Source: an uncultured Clostridia bacterium (GTDB taxonomy: Bacteria; Bacillota; Clostridia; Christensenellales; Borkfalkiaceae). From it: 64,000 nt of DNA. The stretch lies in NCBI GenBank assembly GCA_947626105.1, contig CANQQY010000002.1, positions 101,083-165,082 on the forward strand. Reading direction: 5' to 3'. Shown here piece after piece: positions 1-9,007 of this stretch (position 1 is its first letter; each line of letters begins with the position of its first letter). A program made the translations under genes and the position numbers. A model generated the notes under the pieces. It was not told the origin of the DNA and made no database searches. It saw only the letters and a list, made by a program, of their open reading frames with translations.

Positions 1-1
1 C

Positions 2-964
2 GAGCGGCTCGAAAAACTTGCCGCCCTCTATAACAGTAAAAAAGTGACCCCCGCCATCGTCGAATTTGTAGACATCGCGGGGCTCGTCAAGGGAGCGAGC
101 CGCGGAGAGGGGCTCGGTAATAAGTTTCTCTCGCACATCCGCGAATGCGACGCCATCGTGCACGTCGTGCGCTGTTTCGAGGACGAGAACGTCACCCACG
201 TCGAAAATTCCGTGGATCCCGTCCGCGACATCGAAACGATCAATTTAGAGCTCATTCTCGCCGATCTCGAAGCGGTGCAAAAGCGGCAGGACAGGATCAA
301 AAACGCCGCGCGCGGGGGCGCGGATAAGACAGCCGCCGCGGAATTTGCGTTTCTGGAAAAGCTGACGGCGCACCTCGAACAGGAACAGCCGGCGTCATGC
401 CTTCCCGTCAACGAGGATGAAAAAGTTTTGCTCGACAATCTCTTTTTGCTTTCCGCAAAACCCGTCGTCTATTGCGCCAATATTGCGGAAAAGGACATGG
501 GCGCCGACGAAAGCGGGCTTCCCCTCGTCCAAAAAGTGCGCAGTTATGCCGAAAAGCACGGCGCGGGCGTCATCGTCGTCTGCGCAAAGACGGAAGAGGA
601 GCTCGCCGAGATGGATCCCGCGGACGCGGCGGTGTTCCTCGAAGAGTTCGGGCTTAAAGAGAGCGGGCTCAACAAACTGATCAAGGCGTCCTACTCCCTT
701 CTCGGGCTGATCTCCTACCTCACGGCGGGCGAAAAAGAGACCCGCGCGTGGACGATCGTAAAGGGGACAAAGGCGCCGCAGGCGGCGGGAAAGATCCATA
801 CGGATTTTGAAAAAGGCTTTATCCGCGCCGAAGTCGTCGACTGGGAAACGCTACTCGAATGCGGCGGCCTTACGGGCGCGCGCGAGAAGGGCAAGGTGCG
901 CTCCGAAGGCAAAGATTATGTGATGAAGGACGGCGACGTCGTCTTGTTCAGATTCAACGTATAA
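2..964 (+). CDS. ychF: Ribosome-binding ATPase YchF, C-terminal ~320 aa (5' end lies outside the window)
   Basis: The frame is open from the window edge. Translation contains [40 protein letters not shown] and C-terminal GFIRAEV...[18 protein letters not shown], typical of YchF/OLA1. TAA at 962-964. Confidence 0.9.
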   Translation, partial: ERLEKLAALYNSKKVTPAIVEFVDIAGLVKGASRGEGLGNKFLSHIRECDAIVHVVRCFEDENVTHVENSVDPVRDIETINLELILADLEAVQKRQDRIKNAARGGADKTAAAEFAFLEKLTAHLEQEQPASCLPVNEDEKVLLDNLFLLSAKPVVYCANIAEKDMGADESGLPLVQKVRSYAEKHGAGVIVVCAKTEEELAEMDPADAAVFLEEFGLKESGLNKLIKASYSLLGLISYLTAGEKETRAWTIVKGTKAPQAAGKIHTDFEKGFIRAEVVDWETLLECGGLTGAREKGKVRSEGKDYVMKDGDVVLFRFNV

Positions 965-965
965 A

Positions 966-1156
966 TCGCTCGATTTCTTTTGAAAGTCCGCCCTTTTCGG
1001 GCGGACTTTCAAAAGAAATACGAGCGAGGAAAGTTACTTTTTTGGGATATTGAGTCACTGTCTCGTTCGCTCGAAAGAACATGAAGTCGAAGGGGTTCGA
1101 CAAATTGAGTGCGCTGCCGCAAAAGCGTGGTTTTGCTTCGCGCAGTAATTTAGAAC
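966..1156 (-). repeat. Family D multi-hairpin element, copy D1 (diverged)
   Basis: Long stem TCGCTCGATTTCTTTTGAAAGTCCGCCC..GGGCGGACTTTCAAAAGAAATACGAGCGA abuts the ychF stop. The far end is GCGCAGTAATTTAGAAC, the reverse of the GTTCTAAATTAC junction motif. Confidence 0.75.
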
Positions 1157-1410
1157 AAAGGGCACCTCGGCTCCCCTCTTAGGGGAGCTGTCACGAGCTT
1201 GCGAGTGACAGAGGGGTTTCCGAAACCCCTTCGGCTCACTGCGTTCGCCACTTCCCCTAAAAGGGGCAGCAAGGGAGCAGTCCTCATCCCGAGGCGAAGC
1301 CGAGCGGATCTCATAGACCCACGGGCGTCCGTACTTACGAGGGGATTCACTCGCCCCTTACGGGGCTCGGAATGAGGGCCCCTCGGCTCCCCTCCCAAGG
1401 GAAGCAAGAA
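966..1410. repeat. Intergenic mosaic repeat cluster R1 (family D copy plus family A hairpin modules)
   Basis: Contains CCCCTCTTAGGGG, GTCAC-N-GTGAC and GAGGGGTTTCCGAAACCCCT palindromes that recur in 11 other intergenic clusters of this window. Confidence 0.85.
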
Positions 1411-1449
1411 GCCCCGAAAGAAAATTGCAAGCAGGGAATCGAAAATCGG

Positions 1450-1478
1450 TTGCTTTTTTTGCCGAAATGTGATATAAT
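1450..1478 (+). promoter_or_regulatory. Sigma-A type promoter for the MATE gene
   Basis: TTGCTT (1450-1455), 17-nt spacer, TGa-TATAAT extended -10 (1473-1478). Confidence 0.55.
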
Positions 1479-1504
1479 GATACTATCAAGTGAGTAGCAT
1501 TTTT

Positions 1505-1544
1505 GTGCGTAAGTCCGGCTTTGGGCTTACGCACTTATTTTTTT
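1505..1544 (+). terminator. Terminator-like hairpin inside the MATE leader (possible attenuator)
   Basis: GTGCGTAAG (1505-1513) pairs with CTTACGCAC (1526-1534), followed by TTATTTTTTT. It sits between the predicted promoter and the AAGGAG Shine-Dalgarno site at 1545-1550. Confidence 0.5.
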
Positions 1545-1555
1545 AAGGAGCCGAA

Positions 1556-2941
1556 ATGGAAGAGATCAAACAGAACAAAATGGAAACAACGCCGATGCAC
1601 AAACTCATATGGAAAATGGGATTGCCGATGATCGTATCCATGATCCTGCAATCCGTCTATAATATTGTAGACACGGCGTTCGTCATCAATATGGGCGAGG
1701 ACGGCATCGCGGGCAACCTTGCCCTTACCTATGCCTTCCCCATCCAACTGCTCATCATCGCAGTCGGCGTCGGAACGGGCGTCGGCATCAACGCCCTGCT
1801 CTCCAAAAAGTTGGGAGAAAAGGACGGCTGCGGGGCGACGCGGATCGTCGGCAACAGTATCTTTCTCGGCGTATGCATCTACGCCGTATTTCTCCTCTTC
1901 GGGCTGTTCGGCTGCCGATGGTTCATCTCCATGCAGGCAGGCGGAAACGCCAAAGCTGCCGAAATGGGCACGAGTTACTTAAAAATTTGCTGCTGTCTTT
2001 CCTTCGGCGCGATCGGCTTTACCGTTTACGAACGCTTTCTGCAAAGCACGGGCAAAACACTGTATTCCACGATCTCCCAGATCTCTGGTGCGATCCTGAA
2101 TATCGTGCTCGATTATGTCTTTATCTACCCCTGCCACATGGGCATTGACGGCGCCGCATGGGCGACGGTGATCGGCCAGATCGTATCCCTGATCGTTGCG
2201 ATGCTCTTCCACCACCTTGCAAACAGAGAGATCAAAAACAGCTTTAAAGCGATCAAGCCGAGCTGGGCGGTCATCAAAGGGATCTATAAGATCGGGATCT
2301 CCGCCGCGCTGATGCAGGGACTGCTCTCCGTGATGATGCTCGGCATGACAAGCATCCTCGGGACGGCCGAACAAACAGAGAGCGCCGAACTGTTGCAGGG
2401 CAGCTTCGGGATCTACTACAAGATCATGCAATTCGCGCTGTTTGCGTCCTTCGGGTTATCCAATACCATCATCTCGGTTTTGTCTTTTAATTACGGCTTG
2501 CAAAACAGACAACGCGTAAAGGAGTGCATCAAATTCGGGATCCTCGATTCTCTGATCGTTGCCGCCGCGATCACGGTGCTCTTCGAATGCCTCGCCGGCC
2601 CGCTCGCCAAACTGTTCGGCATGGCAAGCGGCGAGGGAAGCGAAGCCATCCGCTCCACCGTGACCGTCGCGATCCGAATTACGAGCCTCGGCTACATCTT
2701 TATGGCGTTCAGCGTTGCGGTACAGGGCGTTTTACAGGCGTTCCGCTACGCGCTGTTCCCCCTCCTCATTTCGTTTTTAAGGCTCTGCCTCTTTATTTTC
2801 CCCATGGCGTATCTGTTTACGCTTTCGGGCGACGTGAATACCGTCTGGTGGACATTCCCGATCACGGAAGTCGCAACGGCAGTTGTCTCCTCTTTGATCC
2901 TGAAATTCGCCTATCGCAAAAAAGTTTGCACGATCCCGTAA
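1556..2941 (+). CDS. MATE family efflux transporter
   Basis: 461 aa and about 12 TM segments. N-terminal KLIWKMGLPMIVSMILQSVYNIVDTAFV matches the MATE signature. AAGGAG lies 6 nt upstream of the ATG. Confidence 0.85.
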   Translation: MEEIKQNKMETTPMHKLIWKMGLPMIVSMILQSVYNIVDTAFVINMGEDGIAGNLALTYAFPIQLLIIAVGVGTGVGINALLSKKLGEKDGCGATRIVGNSIFLGVCIYAVFLLFGLFGCRWFISMQAGGNAKAAEMGTSYLKICCCLSFGAIGFTVYERFLQSTGKTLYSTISQISGAILNIVLDYVFIYPCHMGIDGAAWATVIGQIVSLIVAMLFHHLANREIKNSFKAIKPSWAVIKGIYKIGISAALMQGLLSVMMLGMTSILGTAEQTESAELLQGSFGIYYKIMQFALFASFGLSNTIISVLSFNYGLQNRQRVKECIKFGILDSLIVAAAITVLFECLAGPLAKLFGMASGEGSEAIRSTVTVAIRITSLGYIFMAFSVAVQGVLQAFRYALFPLLISFLRLCLFIFPMAYLFTLSGDVNTVWWTFPITEVATAVVSSLILKFAYRKKVCTIP

Positions 2942-2944
2942 AAT

Positions 2945-2971
2945 AACCCCTCGCCGAAGCGAGGGGTTTTT
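2945..2971. terminator. Bidirectional intrinsic terminator between MATE and the LRR gene
   Basis: AACCCCTCGC-CGAA-GCGAGGGGTT hairpin flanked by an A-rich tract (AAATAA) and a T-run. Confidence 0.7.
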
Positions 2972-2984
2972 CGATCGCAAAACG

Positions 2985-4406
2985 TCAGGAGATCACAGTT
3001 CCGTCCTTGGAGACCGTCCCGTCATTGCAAGAAATCGTGAACGTGATTTCTTGCGTGGGGTCCTCCGTGCCGCTGTCCCATCCCCAGCTCTTTTCGGTCA
3101 AGGCCTTCCAGTCATTCACCGAGCCCTTGAACACAATGTTTTTGAGCGCGGTGCATTCACTGAATAAGCCATATCCGAGCGACGTCACGCTCGCGGGGAT
3201 CTCAACGCTCGTAAGCGCGCTGCAGCCGGAAAATGCAATGCTGCCGATTACCGTCACGCCGTCGGGAATCGTAAAGCTCTCAAATGTACAACCTGAGAAG
3301 GCGTGTGCGCAGATCTCCGTCACACCTGCCGAAAGCGGGAACTTTGTATTGTTGCTCCCCAAAACCAGTTTGTTCGTTGCCGTCTCGATGAGGCAATCGG
3401 AGCCGTTTCCGTCGTTGTAGAAGGCATTTCCGCTCTCCACGGTGATGTGATCCAGATCGTGAATATCATTGAAGGCGTTCGACCCGATGATCTCCACATT
3501 TTTGGGGATGGTGAGGTTTTTAAGTCCCTCTCCCTTATAATCGTGAAGTCCCACCAGACTTGCTGGGAGAACAACTTCCGTCACGTCCCCGCTGTAAAGG
3601 AATGCGGCCTCTGCGATCGTCTTTGTCCCCTCGCGGACGGTGACTTTGCCCGAGACGGTCTCATCCACGGCGATCATATGATTGCCGACGTAGAGAATGC
3701 CGTCCGTCCAAAAACTTTTGTCGGTATAGATCTTGCTCTCTTCGAAGGTGTCGTCTTCGATGAGCCGCACGCTGTCGGGAAGGTTGACGTCAGTCAGCTC
3801 GGGGCAATAGCCGAACGTGGCCTTGCCGACCTCTTCCAGCTTACTGTTTTTGCCGAATGTGACGCTTTTGAGCACGGCATTCCCGCCGACCCCTTGAAAG
3901 AAGGTAACGCTGTCGGGAACTTTCAGCTCCGTCAGGGAATTGCAATCGCCGAATGCCGACCCCTCGATACGCTCTACCGTGGAAGGGATCTTGACCGCCG
4001 TAAAATTGCATTCAAAAAAGGCGCCGTAATCGATCACAGTCACCGCTTTTCCGTCATGATAGGCGGGGATATAGATCTTGGTCTCCGCCCCCGCCGTGCC
4101 GATGCCCGTCACGGCATAGGTGTCCGTCTCCTCGTCGAGCTCGTATTCGAGCCCTGCCGTCTCGGGAATGGTATAGCCGCATTCCGTGCAGGTGTTGCTG
4201 CCCTTGTAGACGTGGTCTCCATCGGCAAATGTTTCCCCGCAATCGGTACAGACCTTCCAGTGGACGTCCTCATCCGAGCCGAACGCCTCCGCGGTATGTA
4301 CATGACCGTTTTCACCGTTCCCCGTCTCGTTTCCGCACGCCGCGAGCCCGAACGCAAAACAAAGGGCGGAAATCGCCGCGGCAGAAATCAAAAGTTTTCT
4401 GTTCAT
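2985..4406 (-). CDS. Leucine-rich repeat (BspA-like) surface lipoprotein
   Basis: Lipobox LAACG after a signal peptide. Repeated ~23-aa units of the type IPSTVERIEGSAFGDCNSLTELKVPDSV. Start moved to ATG 4406, which has CAGGAGGA 4 nt upstream. Confidence 0.7.
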   Translation of the reverse strand: MNRKLLISAAAISALCFAFGLAACGNETGNGENGHVHTAEAFGSDEDVHWKVCTDCGETFADGDHVYKGSNTCTECGYTIPETAGLEYELDEETDTYAVTGIGTAGAETKIYIPAYHDGKAVTVIDYGAFFECNFTAVKIPSTVERIEGSAFGDCNSLTELKVPDSVTFFQGVGGNAVLKSVTFGKNSKLEEVGKATFGYCPELTDVNLPDSVRLIEDDTFEESKIYTDKSFWTDGILYVGNHMIAVDETVSGKVTVREGTKTIAEAAFLYSGDVTEVVLPASLVGLHDYKGEGLKNLTIPKNVEIIGSNAFNDIHDLDHITVESGNAFYNDGNGSDCLIETATNKLVLGSNNTKFPLSAGVTEICAHAFSGCTFESFTIPDGVTVIGSIAFSGCSALTSVEIPASVTSLGYGLFSECTALKNIVFKGSVNDWKALTEKSWGWDSGTEDPTQEITFTISCNDGTVSKDGTVIS

Positions 4407-4494
4407 TTGTTCCTCCTGAATTTTTTCTTCCATATTACATCATAAAGTGGTGTATGTCAAGCATTTTACATCACTTTGTGGAGATAATTTTACT

Positions 4495-4707
4495 ATGGAA
4501 CTCAGTAAAATCGTGGGAGAAAATCTGAAACAGGCGCGGAAGAGCTTAAAACTTACGCAAAAAGAAGTTGCGTCACACATGCTTATGACGCAACAACAGT
4601 ACAGCCGCTTTGAAAACGGCATTTTCGAATTGAATTACGCGCAGATCAAGGAGCTGTGCCGCTACCTGGATATCACGCCGAACGATTTGTTTGACTTTCA
4701 GCCGTGA
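4495..4707 (+). CDS. XRE-family helix-turn-helix transcriptional regulator (70 aa)
   Basis: LKQARKSLKLTQKEVASHMLMTQQQYSRFENG is a canonical HTH_3 core. GGAG lies upstream of ATG 4495. The upstream part of the track ORF (4447) has no support. Confidence 0.75.
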   Translation: MELSKIVGENLKQARKSLKLTQKEVASHMLMTQQQYSRFENGIFELNYAQIKELCRYLDITPNDLFDFQP

Positions 4708-4715
4708 CCCGACAA

Positions 4716-5882
4716 TCAGAGTTCGATCTTCATGTCGTCCTTCTTGATCCAGCCGATTTTGCGGAGAAGTTCGCTCACGCCGAACGCGATCGCGGCGGGA
4801 AGCACAAAGCAAATCAAAATCACGCCCAAAACGAGCCGCCATGTCGGGATCACGCCAGCGGACGCGCCCACCATGTCGATGACCCCCACGAGTCCCGCGG
4901 TACCCATGCCCGCGCCGACCGCTGTCGCCTGCAAACCGAACACGCATGTGGACATGGGGCCCACGACCGCGGAAGCGACGACGGCGGGGATCAAAATTTT
5001 AGGATTCTTCAAATTGGGAATTTGGAGCATGGAAGTCCCCAGCCCCTGCGCAATGAGTCCCGAAACTCTGTTCTCGCGGAAGCTCGCGACCGCAAACCCG
5101 ATCATATGCGCGCAGCAGCCCGCGACGCCCGCTCCTGCGGCGATCCCTTTGAGCCCGATGGAGACCCCGACCGCCGCGCTCGAGGTGGGAAGGGTCAACA
5201 GAAGCCCCATCACGACCGAAATGATGAGCCCCATCAGGAAGGGTTGGAGTTCGGTCGCCGCGTTGATGCCCGCGCCGATCTTGCCCATGAGCCATTCGAC
5301 GGGGGTGCCGAGCGACGCCGCGATGAGCCCGCCCGAGAGCATGCTCACGAGGGGCACGATCAAAATGTCGAGCTTCGTCTTGCCCGTCACAAGAGTGCCG
5401 AGCTCGCAAGCGACGACGACGGCGAGATAGCAAGTGATGGGATTCCCCGTCCCGACGAGGACGGAGGCGGAGAGCTTACTAAGGTCGCTTCCCGTGATAT
5501 AGTTGATCAACGTCGTAGCGTTCGCCGCAAAAATGCCGACGGCGACGCTGCACGCCATCACCATTTTGGGGCATTTGAAGGCATAGGCGATCCCTACCCC
5601 GATCCCCGCGCCCATCATGATCTTGGCGAACGTCCCGATTCCGTTCAAAAAACGGTAGCAGAGGTTGAGAAACTCTACCCCGCTTGTCCCGTCCCCGAAG
5701 AGGCGGGCGATCTGGCAGACGATCGTCCCCGCGATGAGCGTGCAAAAAAGCCCGTTCGCCATTCCCGCGAACGCGACGATAAAATACCTGTTTGCAAATT
5801 TTTTGAGAAGCGGCTTGACCTTCGGAGCTTTTTCAGGCTCTGTTTCGGGCTCTTTTTTTGCTTCTGTTTTAGGTTCTTCCAT
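4716..5882 (-). CDS. Polytopic membrane protein, PTS EIIC_2-like (tentative)
   Basis: 388 aa, Gly/Ala-rich multi-TM protein with a K/E/P-rich N-terminal tail. The resemblance to PTS_EIIC_2-type permeases is from memory only. Confidence 0.45.
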   Translation of the reverse strand: MEEPKTEAKKEPETEPEKAPKVKPLLKKFANRYFIVAFAGMANGLFCTLIAGTIVCQIARLFGDGTSGVEFLNLCYRFLNGIGTFAKIMMGAGIGVGIAYAFKCPKMVMACSVAVGIFAANATTLINYITGSDLSKLSASVLVGTGNPITCYLAVVVACELGTLVTGKTKLDILIVPLVSMLSGGLIAASLGTPVEWLMGKIGAGINAATELQPFLMGLIISVVMGLLLTLPTSSAAVGVSIGLKGIAAGAGVAGCCAHMIGFAVASFRENRVSGLIAQGLGTSMLQIPNLKNPKILIPAVVASAVVGPMSTCVFGLQATAVGAGMGTAGLVGVIDMVGASAGVIPTWRLVLGVILICFVLPAAIAFGVSELLRKIGWIKKDDMKIEL

Positions 5883-5962
5883 AATTGTATGGTATCATAG
5901 CACAAAAAGGGCGGGAATGCAAGCATTTTTTGAGATTTATGCGCTCCGCGGTTTGAAAGGCG

Positions 5963-6586
5963 CTACGCCCCGCTTCCCGAAAGATATCCCCTGACGAAGG
6001 AGAGAGGCAAAACTTTTGCGCCCTTCCCGAGGACGGCGCCGGGGGCGAGCACGCTGTTACAGCCCACCTGCGCGCCGTCTCCCGCAAACGCCCCTACCTT
6101 ATAGCGTCCCGTGGGGTATTTTTTCTCTCCGCGGATCAAAACCTCCCCGCGGTCGAGCCGCACGTTCGCGCAGACCGCCCCTGCGCCGAGATGGGCGCGG
6201 AAGCCGAGAATGCTGTCTCCGACATAGTTGAAATGCGGGACTTCCACGCCGTCGAACAAAATGCAATTTTTGAGTTCCGTGGAATTCCCGACGACGCACT
6301 TTTCCCCGACGAGGACGTTTCCGCGCACAAATGCGCCGCTCCGCACCTGCGTGCCCGCGCAGATGACGCAGGGCGCATGCAATTCCGCCGTCGGAGCGAT
6401 TTTCGCCGTACCATGTACAAAGACCCCCTCTCCGATTTCCAGAAATTCTTTGCCGAGCTTTTCCGGAAGAGAGCGCAAAAACGCCCCGAGGCCCCCGAGC
6501 GCTTCCCACGGATAGGTGAATTGTTTCAAAAAATCTTCGGCAAGCGTATGCGAAAGGTCGTAGAGCGCGGAAATTCTCAGATCCAT
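5963..6586 (-). CDS. Left-handed beta-helix (hexapeptide repeat) protein, GlmU C-terminal-like
   Basis: Repeated [LIV]-G-x-x-x-x hexapeptides, e.g. VGEKCVVGNSTELKNCILFDGVEVPHFNYVGDSILG. Confidence 0.55.
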   Translation of the reverse strand: MDLRISALYDLSHTLAEDFLKQFTYPWEALGGLGAFLRSLPEKLGKEFLEIGEGVFVHGTAKIAPTAELHAPCVICAGTQVRSGAFVRGNVLVGEKCVVGNSTELKNCILFDGVEVPHFNYVGDSILGFRAHLGAGAVCANVRLDRGEVLIRGEKKYPTGRYKVGAFAGDGAQVGCNSVLAPGAVLGKGAKVLPLSFVRGYLSGSGA

Positions 6587-6621
6587 GCCGCATTTTATGC
6601 CGCAGCAGACGAAAATTGTTC

Positions 6622-6650
6622 TTGCTATTTGCCCTCATCTGTGCTATAAT
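6622..6650 (+). promoter_or_regulatory. Sigma-A type promoter
   Basis: TTGCTA, 17-nt spacer, TGc-TATAAT. It lies inside the 5' extension of track ORF 6616, which argues for the downstream start at 6679. Confidence 0.55.
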
Positions 6651-6678
6651 GTGGGCAGAACCGTTTGGAGATGCTTTT

Positions 6679-7584
6679 ATGATCAAAACTGCGCTCAAAA
6701 ATTTCTTCGGCAATCTCGTCAATCTCTTTATTCCGATGGGGATCATCTATCTTTTCTTGCTCCTCGCGATCTTTGTCTTTCTCTCCGTCTTTTTGCAATC
6801 AAGTACGGAGATGATCGAACAGCTCGTTTCCCTGATCGAGGACTCCTCGGGAAAATCGAACGTCACCATCACGGAATTTCTGACTTTTGCGGTCGACCGT
6901 CTCGACACGAGCGGCGGCTTTTTCGACGCGATCGGGCAAATCTTTGACGGCGACTGGATCGGAGAGACGGTGCGCGGGTTCTTCCGCTCGCTCGGCGCGG
7001 GAAGCGGAGACTTCGAGGGACGGCTCAACGAGATCGTCGAAACGTATGTCGGAAAGCTGGGCGCCTCTCTTTCCGTCTCGGTCGTATTTATGTCCCTCGG
7101 GATCATCCTCGGATTTTATGCGACGGGTTACGCCGTGCGGCGCCGTTCGGCAAAGCGTGGATTCAAAAGGACGATCATTGCGCATACCGTCGTCCCCATT
7201 GCGGAGACGCTCATCATCGTCGGATGCCTGTTGCTCCTCAATGTCATCCGCTATTACAGCTTGCTCGTTCTCATCGTCAGCCTCATCTTTATGGGGATCG
7301 TCAACCTGACGAGCTCGTGGATCCTCTTCGGCAAGGGGAAGATCCCCTTCAACCGGATCGTCAAGGGGAAGAACATTCTGCTCCACATCGCCGTGATCGG
7401 GATCATCGGCGTGCTTGTGCTCGCCATCGCCGCGGGACTCTTTATGATCGACCCGCTCCTCGCGATCCTCCTCATGATCCCCATTCTCGTCTATTCGCTC
7501 GTCATCCTCGACGTCAATACGGATTCCTATGTCTCCCATCTGGCGGAAAAGTATGAGGGCGCGACGGAAAAGGAAAAGGCATAA
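6679..7584 (+). CDS. Integral membrane protein of unknown function
   Basis: 301 aa with several hydrophobic spans. GGAG lies 8 nt upstream of ATG 6679. I recognise no family. Confidence 0.6.
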   Translation: MIKTALKNFFGNLVNLFIPMGIIYLFLLLAIFVFLSVFLQSSTEMIEQLVSLIEDSSGKSNVTITEFLTFAVDRLDTSGGFFDAIGQIFDGDWIGETVRGFFRSLGAGSGDFEGRLNEIVETYVGKLGASLSVSVVFMSLGIILGFYATGYAVRRRSAKRGFKRTIIAHTVVPIAETLIIVGCLLLLNVIRYYSLLVLIVSLIFMGIVNLTSSWILFGKGKIPFNRIVKGKNILLHIAVIGIIGVLVLAIAAGLFMIDPLLAILLMIPILVYSLVILDVNTDSYVSHLAEKYEGATEKEKA

Positions 7585-7597
7585 AACAGCAAGAGAG

Positions 7598-7625
7598 AAG
7601 GGACGCCGCGGCGTCCCTTTTTTTC
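7598..7625 (+). terminator. Intrinsic terminator
   Basis: AAGGGACGCC-GC-GGCGTCCCTT followed by TTTTT. Confidence 0.75.
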
Positions 7626-7731
7626 AGCTTTGTCCCGTAGGAACAATGTCCTCTTCGTCCGGCTTTGCTGCGTCGGGCAGGATCATGCAGTAGCGCGGGT
7701 TGTGCGCATACGTTTTCTTTTTCTTTGCCAT
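7624..7731 (-). CDS. Possible 35-aa small protein (below the ORF-track cutoff)
   Basis: ATG 7731 is preceded by GGGGAGGGGAT. Translation: MAKKKKTYAHNPRYCMILPDAAKPDEEDIVPTGQS. It lies directly downstream of the CotF-like pair. Confidence 0.3.
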   Translation of the reverse strand: MAKKKKTYAHNPRYCMILPDAAKPDEEDIVPTGQS

Positions 7732-7774
7732 ATCCCCTCCCCTGACAGTATGTGCAGGCGGACGGCGTTCATAT

Positions 7775-8068
7775 TCAGGCGGATGCGATCTGCTTCTTCA
7801 CCTTGGAGAACTTGTCCGCGTTCTGGTCGATGAGCATCTTTGCGGCGGGCTGGACTTCGTAATAGCCGCGGGAGAGCATCTGCTCAAACACCTGAAATTG
7901 CGTGTCCGCATTCTGCGTGTAGTTTTTGAGGATCTCCTTGCGGAAGGGTTTGCAGCTGCCCTCGGTGAGCGCGGCGGCATAATAGCTCATGAGAAGTTTT
8001 TCGCAGTCGAGAAGATCCTGCAAGGCGTCCTTTTCGGCGAGTGTGGTTTCCTGTTTGCCCGTTTTCAT
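7775..8068 (-). CDS. Spore coat protein F (Coat_F domain) family protein
   Basis: KDALQDLLDCEKLLMSYYAAALTEGSCKPFRKEIL matches the Coat_F pattern. Start ATG 8068 overlaps the upstream stop (ATGA). Confidence 0.7.
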   Translation of the reverse strand: MKTGKQETTLAEKDALQDLLDCEKLLMSYYAAALTEGSCKPFRKEILKNYTQNADTQFQVFEQMLSRGYYEVQPAAKMLIDQNADKFSKVKKQIASA

Positions 8069-8259
8069 TGTTTCCCTCCGATCATCGCATAGAGCGCGGA
8101 GAATCTCTCCGCATGTGCGCAGGCGATACTTTCCATTTCCTGCGCAAGCGCCGCGTCCGTCAGCGTGTTGGCATAGAGCCTTGCCTTTTTGCACGCCATT
8201 TCTTCTCCCGTGAGTATTTGGACGAGTACATCCAGATCTTTTGCGGTAAGATTGGTCAT
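8065..8259 (-). CDS. Small helical protein co-transcribed with the CotF-like gene
   Basis: 64 aa. AAGGAGG lies 7 nt upstream of the ATG. The ATGA overlap suggests translational coupling to the downstream Coat_F gene. Confidence 0.55.
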   Translation of the reverse strand: MTNLTAKDLDVLVQILTGEEMACKKARLYANTLTDAALAQEMESIACAHAERFSALYAMIGGKQ

Positions 8260-8301
8260 AAAAAAACCTCCTTGGCGTTGTTATCGCCGAAGGAGGATCT
8301 T
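8260..8301 (-). terminator. nth terminator whose 3' arm carries the next gene's Shine-Dalgarno site
   Basis: Minus strand reads CCTCCTTCGGCG-ATAACAA-CGCCAAGGAGG-TTTTTTT-ATG. Confidence 0.6.
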
Positions 8302-8309
8302 TTTATACG

Positions 8310-8960
8310 TCATTGCTTCTTTCCGCCCCGCTTCTTTTCAGGATCCGTGAGGCCGCGGAAATACGCGCACCACGGGTTCAGGGTACAGCTGTTGCAGAGC
8401 GGTTTTTGGGAATGGCACACCCGCCGCCCGTGATAGATGAGCCAGTGGTGCGCCTTCGCCCATTTTTCCTTGGGGATCGCTTCCATGAGCCCCCTTTCCA
8501 CCTGCTCGGGTGTCTTTCCTTGGGCGAGTCCCGTCCTGTTTGCAACGCGAAACACATGCGTATCGACGGCGATCGCCGCCCCGCCGAATGCGACGGCATA
8601 GACGACGTTCGCAGTCTTTCTTCCCACGCCCGCAAGGCTCCTGAGCGCTTCGGGATCGCTTGGGACTTCTCCCGAAAATTTATCGAGAATATCCCGCGAG
8701 GCGGAGAGGATATGCGCCGCCTTATGATGATAAAATCCGCAGGAGAAGATGTATTTTTCGAGTTCTTCCTGCGAAAGCGTCACCATTTTTTGGGGCGTAT
8801 TGTATGTTTCGAAGAGCACGGCGGTGACCTTGTTGACCCGCTCGTCCGTGCACTGGGCGGAGAGGATCACCGCAACGAGAAGTTCATACGGGCTCCTGTA
8901 ATGTAGCGCGGGGCGGGCGTCGGGATACAGCCGCTCCAACTCCTTCAAAAGTTCTTCCAT
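8310..8960 (-). CDS. nth: Endonuclease III
   Basis: YELLVAVILSAQCTDERVNKVT and the HhH-GPD segment LAGVGRKTANVV, plus the C-terminal Cys cluster CHSQKPLCNSCTLNPWC (4Fe-4S). Confidence 0.9.
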   Translation of the reverse strand: MEELLKELERLYPDARPALHYRSPYELLVAVILSAQCTDERVNKVTAVLFETYNTPQKMVTLSQEELEKYIFSCGFYHHKAAHILSASRDILDKFSGEVPSDPEALRSLAGVGRKTANVVYAVAFGGAAIAVDTHVFRVANRTGLAQGKTPEQVERGLMEAIPKEKWAKAHHWLIYHGRRVCHSQKPLCNSCTLNPWCAYFRGLTDPEKKRGGKKQ

Positions 8961-9007
8961 GCCGCTATTTTACCATACCGCGGCAAAAAAAGCAAGGAAA
9001 ATCCCGC

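Noticed and set aside
966-1028. Family D terminal long stems as ordinary intrinsic terminators.
   Set aside because: They often abut gene 3' ends, but in either orientation the stem is followed by GGGGTT or by an A-rich run rather than a U-tract. Several gene ends also carry a separate canonical terminator (for example 41001-41030 and 27720-27763).
1150-1407. Small ORFs inside repeat clusters (for example 1150..1407, 27249..27488, 35062..35325, 45028..45219, 56530..56745, 56757..57002, 62632..62886, 62723..62950).
   Set aside because: They are built from hairpin modules and translate to recurring PLLGEV / SPLRGDVT / RGFPKPLSP strings in either orientation. They change frame between copies and lack ribosome-binding sites, so I treat them as non-coding repeat DNA.
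1485-1555. Known riboswitch class upstream of the MATE transporter.
   Set aside because: The leader is only about 70 nt and I recognise no conserved riboswitch core. Only the terminator/antiterminator alternative is reported.
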